DNA of 64,000 nucleotides from Antedon mediterranea (taxonomy: Eukaryota; Animalia; Echinodermata). A program made the translations under genes and the position numbers. Of the stretch, positions 14,301 through 29,300 are shown piece after piece (the first letter of the stretch is position 1; every line of letters starts with the position of its first letter). The stretch spans positions 22,803,175 through 22,867,174 of the forward strand of contig NC_092677.1 of NCBI RefSeq assembly GCF_964355755.1. The letters are read 5' to 3'. The notes beneath the pieces are model-generated. The model was given only the letters and a program-made list of their open reading frames with translations, was not told where the DNA came from and did no database searches.

Positions 14301-17300
14301 CACCTCAGAAATCACATCCTGCTTGCAAAAGGATGAATACCCAAGATTCTCTGGAACTATGGCAAATAATAGAATTTTATTTTTACAAACTTATCTGTGA
14401 CATGGATTATTTTCAATTTAAAGTCCATATCAACAATAATAACAATCCATATCAACAATAATAACATACAATATTATTATACTGAGACAGTATGAATTAA
14501 ACAATAAAATCTTGATCCTGATGCGTAACGATCGATCGACTCATTTATAGTAGGTTTTTGTGACACTGATTGTTTATGATTATTGTTAATATACAGTAAT
14601 ATTTAATATTTCTAAATATCAGCTTCAAATGCAGATGAACGTCATTTCTGGATGACTGGACTTGCCTGGTTACTAAATGACACAATGAAAGCAGGCCATT
14701 CATTACTAAGTGAAAGGTAAGAAACTACAACAATTGAAACTTATTTTAACTCAAGTTCAATTTTGTGCAAAAAACATGATATAATACTTAATTTTAGGAT
14801 AATAATAAATACAAATATTAATGTACAGCAAGAAAATAAATGGTTAATTTTGTGAAATCAAACACATCGACACGTTTTATACAAGAGCTGTCATTTGTTT
14901 TGTTTCCATAAATGTAAACAGACCATCGAAGTTGCCTTATTAAATTAAATATTTTTTTTTATGTTAACCGCTAATAACAATGTAATTAGATTTGTCATTT
15001 ATTTTGGGATCCGATCTCCAAATTTGTGATTCAGTCAGTTTTGAACACCAATAGGCATATTATAACAACACAGTTAAAATATAATTCGTAAATATTCAAT
15101 ATGTAAAATAATAAAAATGTTGAATTGATTAAAATTCAAGAATAATGGTGATTATGTGCAAGTACATGAATTTGTCTTTACACAGACGAGTGGTAACATA
15201 GAATCTGAACCCCCGTCCGCTCTGCATTTTGTTTAACTTGTCATAAGAAATAATTAAGTGTAAATTATTGTTGTTTTACACTTACCGTTTACCGCTTGTC
15301 TGCGTAAATTGGCCCTAAATATTAGAAACTCCTTTATCCATGTATCTTTCAAATTTTTTACTAATTAATGTTAAAAGCAAATGCATTTATACAATAATAA
15401 TAATATTTATTGGTTACTCTCCTTTAAAACGGAGGAACACTCTCGTAATAAGAGGTTCGACCCATACAAAATGTTTACAAAATATAGTCATACAGATACA
15501 AAAAGTTAATAATGGTTCACACTTAATTTTTAATTTACCACAAAAACTTGATGCGTTTAAATTTCACAGCATTCCAGGTGTATTACTTGCTTTATTTATT
15601 ATGTTTGTTTGTTGCCATGATAACGTCCACAATTTTCAAATTATCGTCCTACCAATCTATACCAACAAACTATATTGATTTTCAGAAAAATCGATATATT
15701 TGTGACATCACAACAGCTAATTAAAATGTTGAGTTTTCTGTATGCTATAGTCTTCAATATGGGCTAAAATATTAAATATCATGCCCTTCTTTGCTCTCTG
15801 CATTTTGCTAAGTATTTCTCTCAATTGCTTCATTTATAAATTGTTGTTCTCATCTTTGTGTATATTTTTTTCTAGATGGCTTTATAAAGAATTCTTTGAT
15901 ATGGGCAAGATGCGAAGTGACACGTAAGTGGAATTCAAAACCCCTCTTCATCTTTCCTTATGTCTATAGGCTGAGTTTGCACGATAGATATTAAATAACC
16001 TAATATTTTGTGACAAATGCGATGTATGATGATTTTGCATTGACGTTACTGTCCCTTTGTCCAGTAATTGAATAGAGCAACAGATTTTAGCAGCTATGTT
16101 TTTATTTTCCATTTTCACAGCCCACTATGGGTTATTTTATTATATAATTTGTGTGTATATATAAATGTTTTAATTTTCTTTTGAATATATTATATTATTG
16201 TGTTTTGTGTGGAGCATCCTTTGGACTGAAGAGGATACACAGGAAACTAATCATCAGTACGCTTCATCGTTGTTAGACAAAAGAAAAAAAACTTTGTCAA
16301 CACAATTTATCCATTATTCTGACAGTTTTTATTAAATTTACTATATAAACTAAAATAAATTTTAAAAATAAATAAAAAAATACTTTTTCTAATATTTTAT
16401 TTAGTTTTTATGTTATATAATTTTAATTTTTTTATTTCAACAATCCTAAGGAGCTCTTTAACTAAAATACATGAAATATACTGTGGTTACAACAGACAAT
16501 CAAAGTAGCAAAAATCAGAAACAAAACATTTAAAAGAAAGCTGTTTCCCAGTTTGTTTTCATATTTTTCTATTAGTATAAGATAATCTTTTTCATGTAAA
16601 TATATATTTTCAAATATTTCTACAGTAAAAATCAAAGTTTGTGTCTTTTCCCACGTAATTTCAAAGAGTTCTCATAAAAAACCTCCCTAATGTAAAATAT
16701 TGTCTTATGAAAATGGTGTTATTCACCACATAAATAATGAACATTTATCATTATGTGTATGATGTGGTCATTGTATCCTTCAGTATATATGTGCGTGTCT
16801 CATTATAAACACATGCAACACTGGTTCCATATGTGGTTTATGAGTTTTAAGATGCCTTTTCAATCTTTAATGTTTAAACATAATCTCAACCTTAAATTAG
16901 CAACAATGGTATCTGTGTTTCTTTCTTCATTCCACATTTCTAATTAATTTTCATTCCTAACTAGATCTGTATTCGTCAATGTATATGAACTACTTTTATG
17001 CTCAGCAACATATGTGCAGATTGGCATAGTATTTTTTTTATACCAAAGATATTGGGAATTTATTATACAGTTGAAACTTCAATAAGCAGTCACCTCCCGT
17101 AAGCGGCCAACTCCCATAAGTGGCCACCTCCATTAACGGCTGCACTTTCAATAGCCTGTTTGTTCTTCCTATCTAATTAATGCATTTAGTACCTCCCGTG
17201 CCACCTCTCAAAAGATGCCGCTGCCTCTTTTTTAAAACAAAAAATTTGATTTTTTGTATGGTAAATTACCTCCCGTAAGCGACCACCAAATAAATTCATA

Positions 17301-20300
17301 TTGATATTAACAACAAAAATACAATTTGAAAACTTATTTTGCTTTATATATTAGCTTTATTTTGAAGTGATTTATAGGCCCAGTGCGTTAAGAATGCCGA
17401 AAAATGTTGTGCATGTTGGCCCTTTATCGGCAGAACCTCCCGTGAGCGTTCACCCTCGGGACCGGGTGAAGTGGCCGCTAACTGTAATGACAAATTATAA
17501 CTAAGCAAAAGTATATATCTGTATGACTGAAATGAACAAATACTGAACAGTGAAGATGAATGGTCGTGCAAATATATTAGCTGGAGTGGTTTATTTTTAC
17601 AAGCCAAGACTGAAAATTAACAGTCATCCTATTTTTGTGATGGTCAACCTGTTCTGTTTTGGCTCCACCCTTTTGCCTGCAAGGGTGGTACTGCATTAGG
17701 CTTGAATACTATACATCACAATTTACTTGAAGTAGCCTAGAGATAAATCCAAAAGAAGCACCAAGTCATTTTTAATGTCACTCCTTTTTATTATCATTAT
17801 AGGTATGGTGTTTTTGGCAGTGTTAATCATTTTTTATTTGGCCATCATTTAATTTTAACTGGCCCTGCTGGTTTTGGACACAAACAAATTTTATAATTGT
17901 GATTGTATTATTTTATTTTCAGAAAGACAAAAATACAACAGAAAAAGTAAGGTGTTTAAGTGTCAGAAATGACTGCCTTAAATCTCAAACCATTTTCTCT
18001 TACATAAGAATTGTTTATATCTTGCTCAAACTTCCTCGTCCATCTATTTTATTATCTTCTTATATATTGCCACACCTCCACCATCATTTCCATGTTACCA
18101 CCAATTGGTCACCATCATCGCACAACCATATTCACCACTACCACTGATATCACACTACACAATCACCACCATATACCATCATCATGATAAAAGTCAAACC
18201 ACCACTGATATGGTCACCATCCCGTCTATTGACTGACGACTGATATATCATCATTACTACCTATCACTTTCACCTTATAACAAACCATCAATGATATCAT
18301 TACAGTCACCACCATCACAATCTCCACCATCACAATCTCCACTACCACTGATATCACAGTCACCACCAACCCACATCACAATCGCCACTACCACTGATAT
18401 TATCACAGTTACCGCCATCACAATCACCACTAACACTGATATCCTCACAGTTACCGCCATCACAATCACCACTAACACTGATATCATCACAGTTACCGCC
18501 ATCACAATCACCACTAACACTGATATCCTCACAGTTACCGCCATCACAATCATCAACATCACAATTATGATAAGAAATGAACACTGATATCATTATGGTA
18601 TCATCACACCACCATCATTGATATCACGGTTACCAGTACCAGCACTGCACTGATATCATCATCACTGCTACCTCTGCATAAACCATGATAATCTTTTCCA
18701 TAGTATAGCTGGTCATGGTGAAAAACTTGATGATATTAATAATATCAAGATCATTTTCTGAAGAATACATATATTATTCTTATATTGGATCTAAAGTAGT
18801 AGTTTACACTTACAGTATTTTTACTTGAATTGAGTTTCAACAACTGTATGTCTTTACAAATTACTTTAATTTTCAGGCTATTTTTAGTAACAAACCAGAA
18901 GTGTCATTTTGAAATGATGGAGAAAATCTTAATACAACAGGATATAATTCCACCACACAAACCAGTTGAATGTCTTGCAATATAAAATGTGTTTGATAAT
19001 AATTACACTATTTAATGGAAGAAATCTGCTGCATAGTCTAGGCTAGCCCTGACTTTAAACCCACAAAGATTGGGCTCAAAACGACACTCCTGGTAGAACA
19101 CATTCATAGAACATAGCATAGAAACCATGTGATCATATTATTTTATTATTAATCTGGTAGAATTAGAAAAGTAGGATTTTTGTCCATATCATATACATTC
19201 ATGCGGTTTAAGATTCTTTCTTAAACCCAAACTCAAATACATTACATTCCTATTTTTTATTTAATCATTATTTTCAAAATACGCCATAATATCTGTATTA
19301 TTTCAACATTTAAGAGTCGCGGCAAAATGCTTTTCCTTTAATTAAACAATTGAATAGAATAAAAAATAATGGTGATTGAGAGAAGAGGAGGGCCAAAATA
19401 AGGACGACCCAATTAAACTGTTAGTATTATAATGTACTTATAAATACATTTGGTAAAAATTATTATAAATTTATACATGATGAATATGAAATTAGAAAGC
19501 AAAAGGAAAACAATGTTTAATAGATTGTAGAAGATAAAAAGATGGTATTGTGAAGGTAATTTACAAAAGGTTGACCTTTTCAACACTTATACTGATTAAT
19601 CTACATTTAACATACTTGATGAATTTTCAAGGAATTGTTAACAGCAGTATAATTAATCAAATAATGTAGATATTGCTTTTACTAGCTACTCATTTCATAA
19701 TTATGTATTAATTAGTGTCCTTCAACTTAAGGTTCAAATACTTAATAATTAATTACTGTGGCCTTTTAGCAAGAACTCTTTTTTCGTTGGGAGCAATTCT
19801 CTAACCTTATCCAGAAGGGAAAAAATGAGTTACTTTAGCCTAGCAGATAGACAGAAATCTATAGTTGTATCTCCTTTATTTATCTTTTGGTAAAATGTTG
19901 CATACCATAAATACAAGCAATTAGTATTGATTAAGCTTTGTGTTTGACTGGTGGTATAGGTAGATCATTTGAATCCTTATTCCTGTATCATAATGACAGC
20001 ATCTTCTAATAGAACAAATTCAGCACTTTTCACATACTATATACAGTACATTAAATGTCTGCAAGTCTTCTAACCAGTTGATAGATGTATGAAGTTATGC
20101 AAATCTTACATATAAAGTCACATTTTTATGAACAAATATTTTTCAATGAAATTTGGCACAACTATAATGCTTCGTAGAGGATTAAGTGTAAATTTAACTT
20201 AGTCCTTGTGACGAGTTCAAATCTAGTTTTCATCTATCATAACTTATGCTAAAATCCTTCTCATTAAACCCTATTGACCCTCGTTTTCATCCCAGATTTT

Positions 20301-23300
20301 CATTTTGCAATGTTTGTCATGTCTTGATTTGTTGCATACACAAGTTTTTTTTTGTTTTAGTTTTTTGCCGCATTTTTGATCAAGTAGTAAATAATTGGTC
20401 AATTTTTTAAAATTTGGTTTGGTTGACCTGGAGTGTTCACGTTCAATTGTGTCGGCTTAATTCACTCATTGCAGAATCTGAGAAAACTTGGAATAAAATT
20501 AGTAATCCCGAGGCCTTGTACTTATGACAAAAAATATTATTATTATAAATGTATTGCAGTAACTTTCTTTATTTCCTTCAATATATACTATACTGTAGTT
20601 ATTAAATATCTAATTTACATTCTTATATCCTTATTCAATAGACGTGTAACATTAATATATAATATTTTTATAACAATTTATTGTATTAAACTTATTTTGT
20701 TTAATGTTTGTTAGTGAATAATTAACAACATCGATCAATGAAAAAATAAAATGATCAATTTTGACAATTATTAAAACTCTAGTATACATAAACCGATTTA
20801 TAAAGTTTGACTGATGTATGACTTTAATTGTAGTGCCATATCATCATCATCAGTGTCCATGTGGATTGCACTAGTCTTTTCCCAGCTTAAACAACAAGTA
20901 ATAGGCTTTGAAAATAAAATAAAACATAATTCTGTAGGCCTTTAGTGACATAAATACAAAGGGGAGATGATTGTTAAACTTATAATTACAATACATACAT
21001 CAGCAAACCAAGTGGCAGGAAACCAAGCCTTAGCAACACAACAGTTATTTAATATTTGAAAAAATAAACATACACAAAAAAATACTTATGTTGCTGACCT
21101 ATTTTTAAAGTACTTTCTAAGAAAACATAAAAAATATAGATTATAGACATTTTGTATGGTCACCCAAAACATTGTAAATGGCCACCTGTGAAAAACACTC
21201 ACAGGTGGCTTGTGTTGAATAGATGCAGGTGACTAAGCATGAATCATTCTATTGATTGTTTTTATTAGCTGGTTGTAAACTTGCATTTTAAAATATTTAC
21301 TCTTTGCAATGTTGGTAAATCTTTTAGTTTATTTATTTACAATTACCTTAATTTTGTTGATTCATAATCCATTACTGAGACATGATAACAACAAAGTATA
21401 AGATCTAAGGCATGTTGAGTGAGTCTTGTTAGCTAACTCAAAGGGTACGGTAATTTGTGGTATTAAAAGTCATATTCAGAAACAATGATCAACAATTCAA
21501 ATGTATTGCGATTAAAACCAAAGTTTCATCATTATTACTGTACTCATCTCCCGGTCCATGCGTATGAAGTCGATATACAGTATTTGTGACACACAATTAG
21601 CAAAAGTTGACATCGTAGGCTTATACAATGTTGCCTTCAAATCTACTATTTTTTGTAGACAATTTCAAATGACCATGAATTGACCATATCTGTTAAAACT
21701 TATTGATTTTGATGTTTTGGTAATTTGCTTCCACAAGCCTATACAGTAATACTAATAACTAGTAATACAATACCGCACTTTTTCGTTAGACTACGAGTCA
21801 CATTTTCAATAGTTGGTGTTTGACCAAAGAAAAAAATCAATGAAACGTTACGGATTAGCATTAATTTGCCCTCTTCTGCTAGCGTTATAAATCCCTGATG
21901 TGAGGCAAATATTCAATGCTAACCGCAGCCTAGGTTCAGACACAAAATACTGTATATGTGTGCCGTGTACCATGTGTGTTTTGTGAAATCATATTCTAAT
22001 GCTTTAGTTTCTATGAGAAAATGAGATTGTTTGCAATCCTTTGGGAACAGATTTGCAGTTGTGTTTTAACTTGCAGTATACTTACACACTGCTATTTATA
22101 ATTGAGATCATTTATTGTCTCTGCTGTAGTGCAATAATACAAAATTGACCAATGAATGTAGTAGTGAGGCCTGAGCATTTACTTTGCCTAGGGTAAAATT
22201 CAGCATTTTTATGGGATTGATCTGTTATCTTTTGAATCCACTTAAGGCAAATGTAGTGACAAAAAAATATCATATATACTGTAGTTGTATAGTTTGCCCA
22301 AGTCATATGCAAAAAGATATTTTAGCTATTGAGAATTGATAAAGTCAAACAGAAATAACAAATTTGAAGCCTAAGCCTAATATAACTTATAAGATAATTT
22401 TTTTTTTTAAAGTGATGGAATTATGTATAGGTTTTGATTATATAATAATATTTTTCTGTATTCATTTTGTTTTTTGGTCTCTGTCTCTGAACTGAAATGT
22501 TCAATGAAATGTTGACAACTATACTATTTGTATACACTGTAGAGTTGTTTTCCAGAAAATTATGTATTAGTAATAGTAAAAGAAACTTAAAATCCTGAAT
22601 ACAATTTTTATTTAGTCTTATTATATTGCATTCATGATCACAAAATATTTCACATAATTGAAAAGATATGAAATGGATGATGATAGATTGTTTTGTGCTA
22701 TATCAATAGCATATTGATTAAACTGCGACATTCAGCAAGCGCCTTGCAGTCACTCAAATATAAATATATTTGTGGTGCGTAACCACCAGTATGGTTGGTA
22801 AGGTGTCAAACGAACCTGACCACTTTTCACAACCCTGTGATTATTCTTTTTTCTTTCTTTCACTGTATTTTATATCATTTAATTTCACCAAATTACATTT
22901 TGTTTTCTTTGCAGAGTTTCACTGAAAGATCTTAAGTCATTCCTTCCAAAAATAAACTTGAAAATGAATACCACCAAATTAAAAGAATGTTTTAATGTGA
23001 GTATTTAAAACGTATTTAACATGCATAATTGATCCTGTTTCTCAATTTCAAGTAATAATCACACACTGATAAACAAGTTACTTGGGAAATGAAATGCAGC
23101 AGAAATCCATTACCGTATTTATTCAAATAAAATTGAATAAAATAATATAAAAAACAACTGTTGACAGAAAACAATTATCTATTAATGTGTTATGGCTTTC
23201 TTGGGTTAAAATAAATAGGAAATGTACTTTTAAGTATTAGTGTACATTATTACTTCATTACTATCATAGCTGGATCATTAAATATTCTCCAAGGGAGTTG

Positions 23301-26300
23301 ACTATGGTTTGAATTGTCCTGCCTGTAATAAAAAATAAAATTGATAGCAATAAAATATCGCCATTATTAGTATTACCTATAGTGTGATATTTTTTGTGTA
23401 GAGTACTGATACAAGCCCATAACCATAATTGCTGGTTGGGAAGGTGGTTTCTTTAGTTTGAAAAAGACACTTTCGAAAAAAAAAGGTTTGTTTGTCGACA
23501 CTAAATATCCATTATATAAAATGGTTCCACTCATATATTATATATATATATATTATAAGACATGTTAAAAAAAGTGCTGATAGTATATTTGTCTTGATAC
23601 TGTATTGCTTTAGATCCATACTCAGTGTAAGTCTATATGGGTGTTTTAGATCCATACTCAGTGTAAGTCTATATGGGTGTTTTAGATCCATACTCAGTGT
23701 ACAAGTCTATATGGGTGTTTTAGATCCATACTCAGTGTACAAGTCTATATGGGTGTTTTAGATCCATACTCAGTGTACAAGTCTATATGGGTGTTTTAGA
23801 TCCATACTCAGTGTACAAGTCTATATGGGTGTTTTAGATCCATACTCACTCAAAGTCTATATGGGTTTTTTTTTAATAGAATGTTGATCATTGGAAGAGA
23901 GGAGAGTTGGGATTTGAGCAGTTTGCTGAACTTTATCACAATTTGATAGACCAACCAGAGGTAAAAATATGCTTTAATGATTTTATTTTAATAGTTAAAG
24001 ATTAGTAGTAAGTAGTACTAGAGTCTCCATAAACCATAGCCACCCTGGTTTGATGGTGCGATTAGGAGAACAAGTCTTCTCTGATAAGGAATTTCCTTAT
24101 CAATATATTATTAATATACCAATTAATATTTTCATGAATTCAATGAATATTATATCCATTCCACGAATACAAAACACACAAATGTCAAAGGTGAGGCCCT
24201 CGTCTCATATTAGAAATACAGAGCTAAGAAATTGGCTGTTGAGTAGAGCCATTATAGACAACAAGTTATAGGTTGATTTTTAATGCGCATCATTCACAGC
24301 CTATAGCTTGGCACAAAATTTTCAATATCTTGACAAAAACCTGAATCTGCAGTGTGTAATACCAGAGAGGTATACCTCCCTGGTATTACCAATACATACA
24401 ACATAACAATTACCTCGTAATCGTGAGTATAGATCAAAATAATGCACGGCATGTGATACTGTGATATAATTTAAATTCACCAATCAAATAAATTTAATTG
24501 TTAAATGGCTTTTCATTGCATAAATAGAATAATCTATGTTGTTTTCAGTTGAATGTATCTTCTGTCAATACTTGAAAGATGATAAGGTTTCATATAGTTA
24601 AACCTTGAACTGTGTATTATAGGCAGACTGGCCAATAATGTTAGTTTATGTCTCATTAGAATGAACAATCTAAGTGAGACACTAAGTAGATTAGATATTG
24701 GGAACAATGACCAATTATGGAAATTTAACCGGCCTTACAAAATATGGGTTATAGTTTTAAGGTAATAGTATTATAAACAGCAGTCTATTTGCTGTTTATC
24801 AAACTGATTTAGATAGGTAATTTCTAAAGAAGACATGCAACTTTATTTGTGTGTTGTACGTTTTATTCTTTCTTTCTTAGTTTATTCATCCTATATGCAA
24901 ATTGACAGTTTGGTAAAAATAGCTAAAATAATAATATAATTATTATAATAATTATTATTAATGTATAATATAAATATATAATACAACAAATATGTTTATA
25001 TTAAATACATTAGACAACAAAAAATACACTTGTTAAGCGTCACCACCCCCGGATTTTCGAACCGCCTCTGTTTTTAATTTTTAATTGACAAATTACGTAA
25101 GAACAATAATATTGCATAAAATTGGTTTTTTTTAAGTTGAAATTGTATGTAGTGATTCAGTTCTTCTTATTTTAAAATTTCAATGTCAGTTTATTTCAAA
25201 ATGGTAGCAATATCAATGACCTAATAAAATATAGTACTTTAAGGGGAAAACATAAAACAGGTTGACACTTAACAAGTATATTTTTTTTATTTGGACTTAT
25301 TGTTTATATTGAACAATTTTTTCACAGTATATACTTGTTTATGTATACTTATTATATTATTATTTTCTATTCATTTGTTTACAGATATCTGAAAGATTCA
25401 ATGAATTATACACTGATGGGGAGTAAGTATTATAGTGTATGAATTGCTTTAGACTAATTGAAGCTAGTTTGATTATGGAGTGGAGTTGTTCAATGGTGGC
25501 TTGATGGTTATAATGTGTGGCTACTAATCCAAGGGTCCATCCATCCACTGATAAACTCACCCTTCAATAAACTTGGCAAATTCCTCTTTTTTTTCGCGCT
25601 GCACATTTCCTTTGGAATGCACTACCTCTGGGTGTCTGTTTCTGCTGTGTAGCGCTGAATATACTGTGTATTTCAAAATAGATATAAAATGTAATTTTTA
25701 TATTTACTTCATTCCTGCTCAATTTTTGTTCCGAAATAACCGTTTAAATCTGTAGGTGGTCATTGACAAAAATCGTTAGAATTACCCAAAATACAATAGG
25801 TCCGGGCGTTACTGCCGTGTAGTTGTGACTCAAAGTCAGCAGCTGTCAATCAAATAACCGTTTTTGTGTTTCAGGTAGATTTTGCAGCAATAACCGGTTA
25901 AGTTGCGTTCTAACATCGAATTTATTGGGTGTTTTAACCATTATTTTTCTGCTGCCATTTAACCAGTTACTATAAAAGATTGTTCTGTTTCTGCTCCCAA
26001 GAAATTGGGCTTAATTTATTCACACCATTTTTAACCAATTATTTTTATGCAGCAGAAACAATGCCATAATATACATAATTTGTCAACGTTGAAATGGTAC
26101 CCACATATTTTATGTGTTCACTTTCTCTAAGCGCTGCGAGAGTGCCTTATAAATATTCAGATTATTATAATTAAAAATCATTCCTTGATAATGATAGGCT
26201 TAAAAGTGTATGCATTGATCATCTACAACACTAATGAACGGTAGTTATTCTACCTCCCAAGTTATTTTAGGTTCCCAGGCCAATCAAATAAACTTATATC

Positions 26301-29300
26301 GTTGACTGTTTAAAATACCGTGTAATATTGTTTAAAGATGTATTGTCCCCCTGAAAATTAATTTTTACAATTTTTTTTTGTTGAATATGCCATTTTAATG
26401 TCTCATAATAGTTATCCACTTTTTCCAAAATTTGGATCTAAACACAATTCATTTACCTGAAATTTTAAGCAAAAAATGGTCAAATTGGCTGCCAGCCAAT
26501 GGATTTTTGGTTGTATTTAACCACTTATTGTGTTATTTTATAAGTGAAAACATTGTGTTTTTTTTTTCTACGGAAGTAATTAACTTGATTAAAACTACAA
26601 AATAACATATATTCAAAATCTGATTTAATTAATCTTTATTTTTCATGTTTTTGAGGACAATACATATTTAAGCTTAATTTATTTTAAAAAATTGGACGTT
26701 TTAGACTGTAACACCCTCTTATTTTAGATTTTGGCCCAGTAGTAGTAGTTTATTTAATGGCAAAGAATTCATATTTTTATCATTAACTGAAATGAAACAA
26801 AATACATCCTCTTCATTAGTTGATGATTTGCTTGGCCAACAAATTTAGTTTTTGGCCATATTTATAATTTGTAATTGGATCTATGATGTTTCTTTTCATA
26901 CCCACTGCTAATTAGTTATTTTAATATGTTTATTTTTAAATTTGTGTACCACAAAGATACTGCAATTTTAGCATTTAAATGATACTTAATTACCTTGCTG
27001 GTGAAAAATAAACACACAAATATGATATTTATAAAACAACAATTGATGGCTAATTGTTAAAGGATACATGTAGATTGTCTCCTTGTATTTTTGGCTATTA
27101 TGCAGTGTATCACATAATTTTACACACTACAGTATCTGTCATAATTTATTGACTGTTAAATTGCAATATACACACAAAATATGCAGAAATATGCAGAAAT
27201 TCACCAATGAAACTTCTGTGTCAATTAGGCAAAGTTAGCACAATCTGTGACTATTATGTAAATTTGTGTGTTTGCTTTTTTTTCACAGGAAGCGAGTAAC
27301 AGTTACAGAATTTATCAAGTTTCTCGCTATGGAGCAAAAGGTAATATAGCTTTAAGTGTTGTAGATAAAGATGATGACAGTTTTCTAAGAAATGTAGCAA
27401 AATTCTACAGCCAGTTTGTACTCAATTACAAGCCTGAATATAATTATAAAACCACAGTTAGCGTAGTAGCAAAGAAATTTACATTCCCACACAAACAATA
27501 AGGAAAGTGGGTACTTTTCATTTATATTTATTTAATAAAAAAAGAGTAACTTAGCAAATAAAATAAACTGTTTACTATGAAATTAGCAGAGAAAATACCC
27601 CAATAGCTGCTATAATTATAGTAAAAATGCTTGTATTATAACAGTAAAGATATATATTTTAGGATGCATTGGCAAATCACCCAGCTGTGGTTCGACAACA
27701 CATGAGGTCATTTCTTGAAAATCCAAGTAGGATGTCCCAAGATCAGGATCCATATTTCACAACTGGAGAGGTACGTTTCTAGTAAATGTTAAATACGGTA
27801 AACTCTGACTGAACTTGCGTATGATGTAAGGCCGTGTTTCCACAGCCAGAACAAAAATTATCTGTTAATTTAAATTGAGTCTCAATTAAAGAATAAAGTG
27901 CACATGATCAGTCATACCGAGCAACCAAGTGCCCAATCACAATGCAACAATTTGTCCTTCAGGTCAAAGGTTAAAAATTATCGCATTTATCCGATTTGAA
28001 TGAGATAATTTTTCTCAAGCGTAATTGGTTAAATCCTGTCTCCACAGGCAGTTTATCAGTTAATTATCGGTTTATATTTATAAGTCAAAGTTTGCAGATA
28101 TTGGAAAAATTTATGCCGAGTGCATCTCTTCCTTTGCACTTCTTATGCAAGCGTGTGAAGTGTTCAAATAGAGACTTCAAACAGATTGGTCACAAATATA
28201 TCATTGGTCAGATGATGCTGTTATATAATGAAGCTGTTATATAATGAAGCTGTTATATAATGAAGCTGTTATATAATGAAGCTGTTATATAATGAAGCTG
28301 TTATATAATGAAGCTGTTATATAATGAAGCTATTATATAATGAACTATTAAAGTAATTAAATGTTTGCAGTACATCATTTAGATTCATAAAAAAGAAATT
28401 GAAATTTAGAATGGATTCTGGATTCAAGCTAAAACTAACTGACTCAGAAATCACACTGTAAATACAGATCTTACTTTACACTCAAACCTTTAAAAACACT
28501 ATTTTAACAAATTAACAGTTAGGCATCATTTTTATAATATTCAATTGTGTAATTTCTTTCTTTTTTAGTTTCTTGACTACTTGTATTCCAATTCAAATAG
28601 TCTATGGGATGAGCAACATGACAAGATAACAGATAACATGGATCAACCAATGTCACATTACTGGATTGCATCTTCTCATAATACGTAAGTTTCATATTGA
28701 ATTATTAGTTAGTATTATATTGAAACTATACACGGTCTAGTAATAACTAAATAATAATAATAATAATATCCTGGATTTATATAGCGCCTAATGTTGTGAA
28801 ACCTCTAAGCGCTGAACATTATTACCCCAGTCATTTTTTATTAAACACATACTCCCATAATGCAGCTAGTAATCAGCGCAAGGTTGTGTCTTGATCTAAC
28901 CGGGTTCCCATTTAAACACCTGAGTGGATATAGGCAAACATAAGTAAAGTATCTTGCCTAAGGATAAAAGTAATGCGACGAGAGTTGGAATCGAACCGCG
29001 ATCTCACGATCAGTAGTCAAACGTCCAACACATTGCGCCACAGGCCTACAGTAAAGATGAGAACATTTATATGAGTGAAAATAGTGTCAGGTCGTGTGAA
29101 ATAGCTCAAGATTATCCTACCTAAGGTCATATTTTAATGAGCGTCGTAAGAGCAAAGTATTCAGATTCATTGCAACGAAGTTGCATTACAAACGGATATG
29201 ATGTCACTCGCTGGCGATTAACCAAACTCTAACGCACGTATAGACCTACCTTCGTTGTTATTAAAAGTAGTAGTGGTTGGGGTAGGAGTTACAGGCCTAG

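Noticed and set aside
17780-17810. Polypyrimidine-TAG|GTATGG possible recursive splice site
   Set aside because: The intron is only 7 kb, such motifs arise by chance in AT-rich DNA, and there is no further support.
18275-18593. Cys/Gly/Asp-rich or Thr/Ile-rich repeat proteins
   Set aside because: They are open frames of a 42-bp intronic minisatellite; the same applies to the ORFs at 43388-43742, 47612-47865 and 62804-63235.
24549-24586. 38-nt segment between AG and GT, same length as exon 7 (possible second mutually exclusive pair)
   Set aside because: It has an in-frame TGA in the required phase, a weak donor and no convincing similarity to exon 7.
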